Below are positions 26,001 to 37,380 of a stretch of DNA of 64,000 bases, in pieces (the first letter of the stretch is position 1; each line of letters starts with the position of its first letter). The stretch is from Pristiophorus japonicus. Lineage: Eukaryota. Under the pieces are notes generated by a model that ran no database searches, was not told the DNA's origin, and saw nothing but the letters and a program-made list of their open reading frames with translations. The stretch is from contig NC_092008.1 in the NCBI RefSeq assembly GCF_044704955.1, positions 5,828,001-5,892,000 on the forward strand. Direction: 5' to 3'. The position numbers and the translations under genes are program-made.

Positions 26001-26622
26001 TTCCCAGGGACACACACCGAGAGAGACATCATCAGCTCGGTGAAAGATGCACTTTGGTCTTGCCGAAAGTTGCTGGTCTTCCAGAGCAAGGAGATGTCCA
26101 TGTCTGCGTGTTGCAGACTGGTGCAATCCAAGGTCCAGGAGTACGTGCTGAGGGACGCACTGAAAATTGGTGCAGTCGCCGCAAAGGCACGGTGGGTAAA
26201 AGCCGCAGTTTAAAGCCCTTCTGCCAGGGTAAACCCAGGACCTGGAATCAGTATAAAAATCCTCTCGGACTGTACTTGTACACTTTTTGCATACAGAGAT
26301 CGCCATAATCTGAAAACACCTCTGTCGTGCCATGTATAATGCAAGTTCTGTTCAGTAATGTATCTTGAAAAGAAATGTAACTGTACCCTCACCCATTCCT
26401 GTGCCGTATGTAATGTAATTTTATAAATGTATTACAATGTATCCTGGATTGTACTGAATTGTACCTTGAAATGTGAAGCAAGCAAATGTATTGAACAGAA
26501 CTGCCTTCAGCATCCAAATGTTTAGTATGGAATTGCTGGCCGCATCGAAATGTACTGAACTGCTTTCCAATGTATCTTGCACATTTTTATATAAAAAAAG
26601 TGTATTTTGAAATTTTAAAAAA
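23080..26622 (+). mobile_element. Tx1/L1-clade LINE, 5'-truncated ORF2 (APE, RT, CCHC finger), unique to unit A
   Basis: LINVYAP, SRIDFLFV, SDHC, WKLN; NWRPISLLSVDYKIL, GVRQGCPLS, YMDE; RCPRVSCGADETVTHLLQDC; AT-rich 3' UTR and A-tail at ~26590-26622. Confidence 0.9.
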
Positions 26623-26770
26623 GTATGTATTTTAATAAAGAGCATACTTTGGAATGATAGCGTCACTTGCGGGTAATAACAACTAGCGAGGTTTGGCATT
26701 CATTGAATTTCACGATAAATAAACCGACCATTCATTTCATTGTTGGATATTTTATTCCCAGTGTGTAGAA

Positions 26771-26840
26771 CAACCGTGGCAGGGAATCGAAGCTGAGTAT
26801 ACCATCAATGAAATTATTATCCATTAGTGCACGGGGCTGC
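26771..26840 (-). pseudogene. Very degenerate tRNA-like (Arg-like) remnant
   Basis: The reverse strand reads GCCCCGTGCACTAATGGATAA ... CTTCGATTCCCTGCCACGGTTG; paralog at ~51363-51431. Confidence 0.35.
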
Positions 26841-26910
26841 TGTGTTCTTGGGCAAGCTACTGACCCTTAAATATTCACAGCTCTGTTATGTGTGCGGTGC
26901 AGTTACCCGC

Positions 26911-26983
26911 TGCTCCTGGGTCTCAGGTTCTGATTCTCGCTTTGGGCTTTTACTGATTTAAATTTGTGAGGTCACGGGTTCCT
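26911..26983 (+). pseudogene. tRNA-Pro(UGG)-like pseudogene with 16-nt insert after G37
   Basis: TGCTCCTGGGTCTCAGGTTCTGATTCTCGC-TT-TGG-G-[cttttactgatttaaa]-TTTGTGAGGTCACGGGTTC; the 3' end is decayed. Confidence 0.6.
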
Positions 26984-27391
26984 GCGCCATTCCCTGCGCT
27001 TCCACCTCGCTGGCTCTTCACTCAGCCATTTTCTCCTGCCCTCTGGAAATCTCTGACTCTCAACCGCCCTTCAAACCCACAGCACAATATAAAATTATAC
27101 CGCAGCGACGGTTGCTCCCCACGTTTAACCGAATGCTGCCACCCAATCCTTCTCCTTTCTCGCTCGGGGCCCACATTTCTCTCCTTGTGGAAGCTCCGAG
27201 CAGTTTTGTGAGGTTTGTGCCACGGGTGTGAGAGGATTGAGTTACCTTCCTTCACTCATTTTTATCTCTGGAAATGAAATCGATGGAACGTTTGATACAG
27301 TGTCTTAACATTGTCTTTCTTTGCTCAGCGGTTTGTGTGACTTCTTGAATTTAATACGTTTACTGAAATAATTTAATGAGACTTGCAACAT

Positions 27392-27461
27392 TGCATTGGC
27401 CGTGAATCGAACGCGGGTATCCGAACCAGGGGCCGACAATTCAGCTTCTGAATTCCAAGAC
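27392..27461 (-). pseudogene. tRNA-Gly-like pseudogene
   Basis: TGCATTGGCCGTGAATCGAACGCGGG...AATTC..C..CTGAA matches the reverse complement of vertebrate tRNA-Gly(GCC). Confidence 0.6.
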
Positions 27462-27610
27462 TCACACTGTCAAGGCCACTTTCTCTTCAATTTTCACTTT
27501 ATTTTCTGCGCTTTTCGTTACACAAGGAGCAACTTCATAAAACACAAAGCAAAATATCGCAGAAGCTGAGAATGGAATTATTCAGAACATTCTGGAAACA
27601 CTCTGAAGGT

Positions 27611-27920
27611 CCAGGGGTCACAGTCTAAGGATAAGGGGTAAGCCATTTAGGACTGAGATGAAAAGAAACTTCTTCACCCAGAGAATGGTTTACCTGTGGA
27701 ATTCTAAACTGGAGAAAGTTGTTGAGGCCTGCTCGTTAGATATATTCAAAAGGGAGTGAGATATGGCCCTTACGGCTAAAGGGTTCAAGGGGCATGGAGA
27801 GACAGCAGGAAAGGAGTACTGAGGTTGAATGATCAGCCATGATCTTCTTGAATCGTGGTGCAGGCTCGAAGGGCCGAATGGCCTACTCCTGCACCTAATT
27901 TCTATGTTTCTGTGTTTCTT
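27611..27920 (+). mobile_element. CR1 LINE 3' fragment nested in a short interspersed repeat (27545-27610, 27925-27970)
   Basis: RGHSL/FRTEM/FFTQR-coding sequence, GGGCCGAATGGCCTACTCCTG and a TTTCTATG tail. Confidence 0.8.
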
Positions 27921-28127
27921 TGACCATCCGTGGAGAGGGGAACACGGGTTAACCTTTCAGGTCGATGAGCCAAATATTGCAGATACGTTAATTAAAATTA
28001 TTTTTCCATGTGCTGAGCCGTTTGAATTTCCCTCCAAACTTTATATTTTATAAGTTGCCCACAGACAATAAAAAGTTAATGAACTACCCTCAGCCTGGGA
28101 AGCCTCATAAAGCGTTCAACACTGCAA

Positions 28128-28259
28128 CGACATGGATATGACTCAAAACCTCGCGTGGTGAACAATGGATTAGTAGTCTATCGCCTTATTTTGTTCAATT
28201 TCGAGTCAATAAATCTTCATAATTACATTGTATCATCCAAATCCATTCCGCCACGCCAC
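28128..28259 (-). pseudogene. tRNA-Ser(GCU)-like pseudogene split by ~52-nt insert in D-loop
   Basis: Sense strand: GTGGCGGAATGGAT-[28189-28240]-TAAGGCGATAGACTACTAATCCATTGTT...ACGCG.GG...CATATCCATGTCG, compared with GTGGCCGAGTGGTTAAGGCGATGGACTGCTAATCCATTGTG. Confidence 0.65.
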
Positions 28260-28329
28260 ACAGTCACCCCTCCATCACTTAATAACGACAAAACCTGACG
28301 TTTAATTTGTCTCCTGTGACATTCACCAA

Positions 28330-29230
28330 TCTATTGTACATTAAAAACTGATCATTATCTATTACTTAAAATTCCTTTCCGAACAGATCATCCGCAGAGT
28401 CTTCGAATGATGTTTTAGCACATATTTGTAATAACCCTTCATGTTTATTCTCCTCCCCTTATCAAAAAGGAGATTCCTACTTTGCACAATCACTAATCTA
28501 GCCAAACTGAATATTAAATGTATCGCTGCATTGCCTGACTCGAGCAGACCCTGCTGCGATCTCCATCTCAAAATTTAATACATACGGGAATCCCATTCCC
28601 ATTCTTTGTACCCCACCCAGCAACGAAACCTCACACAACTGTCCAACACAGTATTAGAATCACTTAACTGAGGACATATCACCAGTAAATGGGATAGTCA
28701 CATCCCGTGTCCCTCACACCGGGCAAGTTGCCACCTCCACTCGCCCAATTTACATATAGTAATCATAGTAAAAATCCGGCTTTGAACCAATTTAAAATCC
28801 ATTTCAATCCACTCTGGATATTTAAAATTCATCCACACCCCTATCTAAATCGTGTTATCGTCCAGCTGTGCGGACATTATCTTCCAAAACTCCTGATCAG
28901 CTGGGGCCTTGAAACTTCATTGCCTAAATATCCCAAAAAAACCATGAGTGTTGCAGGTGTCTAATTGGACCGGCTCCTCTGCTCTCTCCAGCAGAAAGCT
29001 TGGAAATGCAGGACGCGTTTGACGTCCTCTGAAGAATTTCACGTTTATTTCTTCCATCGATTCCTGTGGCATTGCCCTCACAATCTTCTCATACAGTGTC
29101 CCCATTGCGTTTTCCTCAACTTCCTTATCCTCCTCACAAACCATATTCGTCACGACCGCTTCTGGCAACTAACCTGGAATCATCTCATATTCCAAGAGTA
29201 GAATATCAGATTGTATAAAAGCTTTATTAA
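28330..29230 (-). mobile_element. Probable decayed L1/Tx1-like ORF2 C-terminal fragment (also at 1-200)
   Basis: The minus-strand remnant AAIHLIFSLARLVIVQSRNLL resembles the L1/Tx1 C-terminal helix; the match is weak. Confidence 0.35.
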
Positions 29231-29239
29231 ATAATACCC

Positions 29240-30220
29240 CTTCTTCTTCTTAGTCAGTCCCTCGGAGTCGAGGAAGACTTGCTTACAAATTAAAGATGAG
29301 TTCTTATGTGACTGATGACTGCGATGTGGGATCTCCAGTCTCTGTCACAGGTGGGGCAGACGGAAGTTGAAGGGATGCTGGAAGAAGGGACGGTGGGTGG
29401 GGTGCTTGGGTTGTCATGCACTCCATCCACTGCTTCAACTTGGTTTCCACTTGCTCCAGGCGAAGAGACTCGGAGTGTTCCGTACCTTCCCAGATGTTTC
29501 ACCTCCACTTTGAGCGTTCTTGGGGCCCAGGATTCCCAGGTATCGGTGGGGATGTTACATATTTTCAACATGGTTTTTTGGGTCTCCAGGAAGCATTTCC
29601 TCTGCCCATCCGGGGCTCGCTTGCCGTGTCGCAGCACCGTGTAGAGCGTTTGTTTTGGAAGTCTCGTCTCGGGCATGCAGCTGCTGTGGCCCGTCCATCA
29701 GAGCTGATCGAACGTGGTCAATGCTTCGATGCTGGGGATGTTTGCCCGAGCATGAACACTGACGTTGGTGCGCATATCCTGCCAATGGATTTGCAGGATC
29801 TTGCGGAGTCAGATTTGGTGGAACTTCTCCAGGGCTGTGAGATGCCTGCTATACATAGTCCATGTCTCTGAAACATGAAGTGCGGTGGGTATTACTATGC
29901 GCTCTATACCATGAGCATGTTGCCGGGTTTGACATCCTGGTCGTCAAACACTCTCTTCCTCAGGTGAACGATGGCTGCGCTGTTACACTGAAGGCGGTTT
30001 TGACCGTCATTGAAGTCTAACCTTGTTTGCAGTAGGCTCCCGAGGTATGGCAAATGCTCCCCGTTGTCCAAGTCTTCATCTTTAATTTTTATCATCTGCA
30101 GCCGGTACTGTGTTGCGATTCCAGGTTGGTGGAGGACCTTTGTCTTATGGATGTTTACTGTAAGGCACTTGCTCTCCTATGCTTCTGTGAAAGTGTTGAC
30201 GATGGTTTTGATTTCGGCCT
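29240..30220 (-). mobile_element. RTE-clade LINE 3' fragment (duplicate of 210-1190)
   Basis: Near-identical sequence and ORFs (RLPKQTLY...SHIRTH). Confidence 0.8.
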
Positions 30221-30886
30221 TATCTCAAAATTATCGAAGTTAACTCTTATCTCTGTTCTTTGACTGTGGATAAGCCCACTATGTACTCTTGATAGCTGTT
30301 GAAATGTAATCAGTCATAATCCCCTATTATAATTCTTGAGTATTATGTTATGCTGGATTGCAGATTAATATGAAGTTTGCTAGTCCACAATTGTATTACT
30401 TTAGTTTAATTTCTCCTCTGTTTCAATGAGTGGAAGTAATCATCTTGTATCTAGGTTTTATTTACACTTAAAAGTCTCATTGTCTTCAAAATCTACTGGT
30501 TTCATCATCAAGAAAAGCTTTATGACAGAGGCCTAAGACCAGTTTCTGTGGTTGTATGAACTTCTCCACGTTTCCGGTTTTTGGGGTATATCCCAGGGTT
30601 TTCGGTTCTCTCTCAATGTAGAAGATCCACGGAGTTAACAGACAGGTGGCCATACGTATGTGTGTAGGAAGTCTGAGGAATGGGTCGCATCTTCTACCGA
30701 AAGGGCAGGAATAATATTATTCTCAGTCGTAGTCTGTCAACGGCTGATTCAATATTGTAAGGTATTAATTCTTGCCTATGCTAAATAAAGCCATATAATT
30801 ACACCGAATATGGTGTCAATGTTGGACAATTGAACAGACAGACAGACCCAAAAATGACAACAATGAGCGGTCCTTGTGGTGAAATC

Positions 30887-31190
30887 CTGATGTGATGGTG
30901 GACCTTATCTAAACGGGCTGCCCTATTGGTGATGAAAGGCCTTCTCGTTAACTGGTCAATAAATGAGGTGATGGTGGACATTATTGAAACGGGCAGTCAG
31001 AGTGGTGATCAATGGCATCCTCTTTAACCGGATGAGCCTTGAGGTGATGATGGGCTTTCTATTTAAACGGGAGAGACTTGAGGTGATGATGGAAATTTTC
31101 TTTCATCAGGCAGTTCATGAGGTGATGGTGGGCCTTCTTTACCAGAAAGGCTTCGATGTGATGGTGGCTCTGTTTTTAAATGGGCAGTTA
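30887..31190. repeat. ~36-39 bp tandem repeat (duplicate of 1857-2160)
   Basis: Same units as in unit A. Confidence 0.7.
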
Positions 31191-32154
31191 ACATGTGCAC
31201 CAGGAAGTGAAGTTCGGATGTCAGAGTTTGTATTAAATGGATTCACTATAGCAGAATGTTTGCCTCATTGACACAATGAGCTCTGATAGGACATGAGGGG
31301 AAATATTTGAAAATCTATCGAAGGATCATTATTCAGAGCTAGAGAAGGAGATGTTTTTCCTTGATGGGGATGAGGAAGGAGATGAGCCAAAAACAGGTGA
31401 ACAGATAATTTCGGTATCAGTGACAAATAATTACATCAGTTCCTCGGAGTTGATCTTGGAGGTGTGTGGAGCGGGGCAGGGAAGAGGTGTTTAACAATAT
31501 GGTTGTTAGTTTTGAAAGGAAGACGGGGTCTACGTTTGCTTTCCATGATAATATTGGACATTGGATCTGCTTAGGTTGAGAGATGCATGGTCTGACAGGG
31601 CTGTAATTGAACAGCCTGCTCCGACATTAAATGAGTAAACCAGTTGTGGATCGGATACGATCAAATAATGGCCTTGGAGCTTTGGGAGCTACATTGGGAC
31701 CCATTCCTGAGGAGAGGGTAAGAGTTTTACCAGGGACAAGGACATCAAAACTGCCAGTGAATGAGTGGTGGAGCTGATCGACAGCTGCATAACTACCTTG
31801 GAAAAAGGACAAGTTAGTCAGACTGCAGTGCCCAAAAGTCGTCAGTGAATTGTGGAGAGATTTTTCACGTGAATAGATGCAGCTAGATGTGGTGTTGGAA
31901 TGTCATAGGGGCTGTGGATGGTGATCGATTCACGAACCTGTCGGAGATGGCTTTGATTGTTACCGCAAAAAGCGAGCCGACTGAGTTGGCAAGCTTGAAG
32001 AAATCAAGTTGACGATCAGTGTGCTCAGACTGTTGCTTTAATATTTTTGTCCTTGCTCATCACGAAAGTACTTTTACAACAATGGGCCATTCTACTGTAC
32101 ATCCATAAGTGCATTTAGTGGTGCGAGCGGTGTTGGTTTGAAAGGGGTTAACTG

Positions 32155-32260
32155 AATGTGTTTGTTCATTGACTGTAATTGATATCAGACCCCATAGATT
32201 AATTAAATGTGTTTGTTCAGTGAATGTAATTAATGTGCCTCTCCATGGACCATAATTGTC
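32155..32260 (+). promoter_or_regulatory. Candidate proximal promoter: duplicated AATGTGTTTGTTCA.TGA.TGTAATT.AT (forkhead-like + homeodomain TAATT)
   Basis: 29-bp direct repeat at 32155-32183 and 32206-32234, 150-230 bp upstream of the ATG; conserved in unit C (~56330-56411). Confidence 0.4.
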
Positions 32261-32384
32261 TCACTGGAGATATTGTCTCTTCTATTAATGCGGCAAAAAT
32301 CTCAATGTGTTGTACCACTGTTTCGCAGAGAGCATCAACTCCGGCACTCACAGGGATCAGCGGCTCTATAACGAGAGGAGAAGA

Positions 32385-32478
32385 ATGTATTTAAGAATCA
32401 GTGAGTTTACAATACTAGGGTTCGTTTTTGAGATACAAAAGATATACTACCCGCTTCTGGCTGTGGTCGGAGTCCCTG
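32385..32478 (+). CDS. GPR139/GPR142-like GPCR copy B, coding exon 1 (MYLRISEFTILGFVFEIQKIYYPLLAVVGVP)
   Basis: ATG at 32385; 94 nt ending CCTG|GTAAGT (phase 1). YY..L...G.P start of TM1 as in GPR139; joins exon 2 as GVP-A-NSM. Confidence 0.88.
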
Positions 32479-34045
32479 GTAAGTCACTGTGTCCAGCTAC
32501 TCATGCTGTAGATCATGTTTAACTGTGTGACTGCATTATCTCACTGAGGTCACAAAATCCAGAAATTAATTGACACCACATATTCTCTCTGGATTTGGGG
32601 CTGACAATGCTCTGTGATTCTCGAATGTGACTGTGTCACATTCACCCGTTGACTGATCTGAGTGCAGTGAATAGAAAATATCACCTTTTGATCTTTTCTC
32701 CATGTGATAGGGTCTGATAGAGAACTGACTCGTTTGTTAATTTCCAGCACAAGCAATCTCACTGGATGATTCTCTTAGACTCTGTGTCTGTATAGCGCAT
32801 TCTATTCAAACGGACAGATGTGTTCATGGCTTTCCAGAATCGATCACCGTGCACTGGGAAAAGTGAATTATACCAAGTGGGGGAAACCAGTCGTGGCAGA
32901 AAGCTCAGAAACACACCGTGAATGTTCGATAATGTCCAAGTTGATTCAGATCGAGTCTGATGACCCCCTTTGTACAATCTCTTTCCCAGCAAAAGTCAGT
33001 GTTCTGGGAGGTTAGGATGGGATTACAAATTAATTCGTGATTGAATGTGTCTCCAGTTATAGATCAATGGATTGATTTCCGATCGTATCTGTGAACAAGG
33101 AATCTCCCACCGCGTGTCCATCTAGCACAGTTCAGCAGAATCTCTCAATGAGATCTCTCCTGACTCTGCCCCATCTCTTGCTCTGCTTCCGTGCAACTGA
33201 TTCTTGTTGATTGGCAGGGAGTACAATGAATGGTGAGATCACTTTATTGATGCAAATTCACAACGTCAATTGGAGTTCCATTAAATCTCAACCACAGATA
33301 CAAAACTCTGGGTTAGCGCTGATGTAGTTGGGTTCGGATATTAAATTAAATCTCAACCACCGATATAGAATTACGGGTAAACAAATCATCTAATTCGATG
33401 CAGAGATTTTAACACACCACAAGGTGTTTAGTTTAATCTATGTTATATTAAACACATTCACAAAAATGTTCACACAGCAGCAGACAGTTTGAACATTACG
33501 CCACCTTTTAAATCGAGCGCTTAGAATTAGCCTCCCGTTATACACCACCACCCCTTGCCTTCACATTAATGCGGAGTGTATAAGGCTGGACAGGTTCCAC
33601 ATCGCCCATTTTACACCAGCACAGATAGATATAAACAGACAGAGCATTTGGCGAGTGAGGGAAACGTCAGGTGCGGGCCAACCTCAAAACACGACTGGAC
33701 ATAGTATTAGAACATTTATAGTCGAGGTTATGTGGAACCATTTGGAGTATCGGTGAGTTGAAAGTCGTCTAAAATGTTATTTAATAATGTGTTATTTTCA
33801 CTGGATGTAAAATGTCAGATTTAAGTGCATGTGGAAGCATTGCTCTGTTGTATTACATGCTTTCACACCAGATAAATATTTTTCCCTTCCAAACCTTAAA
33901 CCATATCTTTTTGTGCCGTGATACCGCGTAGGAATGCCTTAAGCATTCGGCTCAGAGGGAATCACAGCCCAGTTTACACACAATATCCAAACTCGCTTTG
34001 TTCCTGTCTATTTTGTTCAGGCTCTTCGGGTCTATCTCAAGGGTC

Positions 34046-34260
34046 AATGACTCACTCTCCGCCGGTCACTGACTTACTGTCGCCTGGTCACTGACTCACT
34101 CTCCCTGGTTGCTGATTCACTTTTCCCCCGGTCACTGACTCACTCTCCCCGGTCAGTGACTCACTCTCCCTGGTTACTGATTCACTCTCCCCCAGTCACT
34201 GAATCACCCTCCCTGGTCACTGATTCATTCTCCCCCAGTCACTGACTCACACTCACCGGA
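34046..34260. repeat. ~21-bp TGACTCA minisatellite, ~10 units, intron of GPCR copy B
   Basis: Tandem CACTGACTCACTCTCCCCGGT units. Confidence 0.92.
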
Positions 34261-34745
34261 AGCACTCCTGTGATTTCAGCCGGGGTGCTCCGAATCATTC
34301 GCTGTATTACGGCCCATAATGACCCACCCAGACATTTCAGGCACAGTCCAATTACCCAAACTAACTCCTGATTGGGTGCAGACTGGGAACAGAATGCCAG
34401 AATGTCGATGGTTCCAGGGTTGCTGCAGCAGCAGGCAATGATTGACAAACCTGGAGATGAGGGCTGATGCCACTTCAGTATTGATCCTCTGATTAGATAG
34501 CACATTACTCTTGCAATATTAAATCCCATTCCCGGGTTCAGTTTAAAATTCATTGCTGATTAGTGAGTTGCACAGTTTGCATTGTACATCCTGTCTCCAG
34601 CAGAAAGCCCTTTTCGCAGGAACATTATTAAATTCCATCACTGGAAGCAGCAATACATGTAGAAATGTTACCCCAATCCCATCAACCCGCTGAATTCACT
34701 TTCATCCTGTTGTGTTAATTTCCTGTTCATTTTCCTTCCGCACAG

Positions 34746-35641
34746 CTAACTCAATGACGATTGTGATCCTGTCTCGGGGAAAGTGCGGTCTCTCCAAATG
34801 TGTCACTTGCTATTTGGTGGCCATGGCAGCGGCGGATCTACTGGTCGTTATCACTGACCTGATATTGAGGCAAATTCCAATTGCTCATCGTCTAGATTTT
34901 GTGCGGGGAATCCCCGTGTGCAATATCCACGCCGTCTTACTTTATGCAGCCACAGACTGTTCTGTCTGGTTCACAGTCACTTTCACCTTTGATCGATTCG
35001 TGGCAGTTTGTTGCCAGAAGCTGAAAACGAAATATTGCACTGAGAACACCGCAGCTCTGGTTCTTGGGACAGTGACTGTGTTAAGCTGTTTAAAGAATAT
35101 TTTCTGGTACTTTATATATTTACCTTGGTACTCGTTTACCAATGCCCCCTGGTTCTGTTACGTGAGTGTTCTTGTTATGGTTTCACATTTGTGGGCAACA
35201 CTCGAGCTTCTTCATTCTATTCTAACCCCTTGCATCCCATTCGTTCTGATTCTGCTACTCAATGCTTTAACCATCAGATATATTTTAGTGGCCAGCAGAG
35301 CCCGCAGGAGACTCCGGGATCACAGCAGCGAGGGTAATCTCAGTGACATAGAGATGGAGAGACGAAGGAAATCCATCATTTTACTGCTCATTATTTCAGG
35401 GAATTTCATTCTGCTATGGGCTGTGTTTATGTTGTTTTCTATTTGGAACCGGTTGCGGTATTTAGGTTATGATACTCTACACCTACCTTCTTACATAAAA
35501 GAAATAGGATTCATGCTCCAGCTCCTGAGTTGCTGCACAAACACTTGTATTTATGCCGTGACCCAGAAAAAGTTCAGAGAACAGTTGAAGAATGTGGTGA
35601 AATGTCCGTTTCTCCGAATTGTTAAAATCATTAAATGGTGA
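34746..35641 (+). CDS. GPR139/GPR142-like (probable G-protein coupled receptor 139) copy B, coding exon 2; spliced product 329 aa, intact 7TM
   Basis: Acceptor ttccttccgcacAG|CT; open frame to TGA at 35639-35641; motifs AAADL (TM2), DRF (TM3), PCIPF..LLN (TM5), RRKS..LLW (TM6), LLSCCTNTCIY..KFR (TM7/helix 8). Confidence 0.92.
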
Positions 35642-37380
35642 GAGTGAATGTAGAAGATGCAGCATCAGAAATCAACATGATGTACGCAAAGGAGCGAAAC
35701 AGAAGAAGGGCATGGTGACTATCCATGGTTTCTCTTGTAGAAAACAAAATTAACTCAACATGGATGACATTACGGCAGAAAGGAAACGTTTCCTGATGTG
35801 GGGACGTCGAGGTTTAACACAATCACATATTACACAGACGTAGTTAGCATGGGTTGACAGAATATTATCACATTACGAGGACATAATTACCCTGATAAAA
35901 CACACAACACACCCGAACCTTTCAGAGATTTCGATCTCGATAGCATGAATATTCAAGACGATAAAGTTCGGACATGTGCTGAAATAGTTAGTAGGGTTAC
36001 ATAGTGCACAAGCAGGTAAATCGGACCATCGTGCATTTGCCAGCTCTTTGAAAGAAATATACAATTAGCCACACACAACTGGTTGTGCCCAATAGTTTTG
36101 ATTTTTTTACCTATCAAATATTTATCCAATTCCTTCGTGACTGTTAGTTCTGAAGCCGGATTAACCACCCTTTCAGTCTCGTCATTCACGATAATAATTC
36201 GAGGTGTACCAAAAACTCCTCAATTGCCCACTAAATTTCTTTTCAAGAATTTAAATCTGTTTCCGCTTGTTACCAAGACTTCAGCCAGTGGAGACAATTT
36301 TCCTATAACTACTATGCCGACACCGTCTATGATTGAATCTACCGAAACATTTTTCGACCTGTGAAGTAACAGGTCCCCGAATTCCTACAGCCCCTTTTAA
36401 ATTGTACCATTTAGTTCACATTACTTCGCCTCATTTGTACCGACAATATGCTTCACTGGGCAATTCTCTGCTTTAAATGTCCACTGCCATTTTTCTGTTG
36501 AGGTCATTGGCCTGTCTATGTCCTGCTGACTTCTGGTACGTTCTTCTACATTCGGAACTTTGTGACATTTGCAAACTGTGATATTATGTCCTGAGTACGC
36601 AATACCAGAACATTAATAATTATCCTCATGGAGCAATGGTCCCAAAAGCGTCACCTGACTGATACCATCGGGTACTTATCCGCTATCCAAATAAGAAAAG
36701 TTCGCCACTAATCTCTGCTTTCTGTCACTCGGCGGATTTCGAATCTATGCAGCCATTGTCCCTTTAATATCATGGGCTTGAATATTGCCAGCAAATCTGC
36801 TATGCGGTACTTCATCAAGTGTCTTTTGAAAATTCGTCAAGTTAGTCAAGCACGATTTGTCTATGACAAAGTAGACGAGCATGGGCAGTTAAGACGACAA
36901 ATTTACAACACCAGATGAATCCTTTGCAGGTGAAGAACTTTCAGTACCACTCGCAAGGACACTGCTATTAAAGAGTAGTATAAATTATTTGACAAATAAA
37001 GTGTATGAATGTGACGCCTCAATTCTGAAATTTGGGTTAGGCATAAGTATGATTGACGATCCCATAGACCGAACATAATTGGCGACCGTGTCAACACTGG
37101 GAATAATTAAGACTTACAATGTCCGATTTGTTAACTGCCATCTCTCGTCAGACAGTCCCATACAGAGCATATTCTGGAATATGGAGTATCTGGGCGAAAA
37201 TATAGATGCACATTCGACGTAGCATGGTGGGATAACTATGAGGGTTAGTAATCTCACGGGAAATAGATCCATGATTCAGTTAGACTGGACCCTGGGTACC
37301 GGAAAAACCAAGGTTTCTGTGTTACAAGGGATGGTTTTCAAGCCTGAGATTCTATCAGAATCTAATCAGTATCACAGGAA

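Larger units (their letters stand above)
1..29030 (+). repeat. Segmental duplication unit A of a tandem GPCR array
   Basis: 1-2637 realigns at 29031-31669 (offset ~29030). The GPCR, 3' flank, nested CR1s, minisatellites, SINE and L2 recur in the same order in unit B. Confidence 0.9.

Noticed and set aside
34712-34745. N-terminal extension MLISCSFSFRT of the 309-aa ORF
   Set aside because: Non-ATG start inside the polypyrimidine tract and acceptor; the true N-terminus comes from exon 1 at 32385.
32385-35641. Assigning the symbol GPR139
   Set aside because: The motifs place it in the GPR139/GPR142 group, but it is a divergent multicopy paralog, not demonstrably the orthologue.
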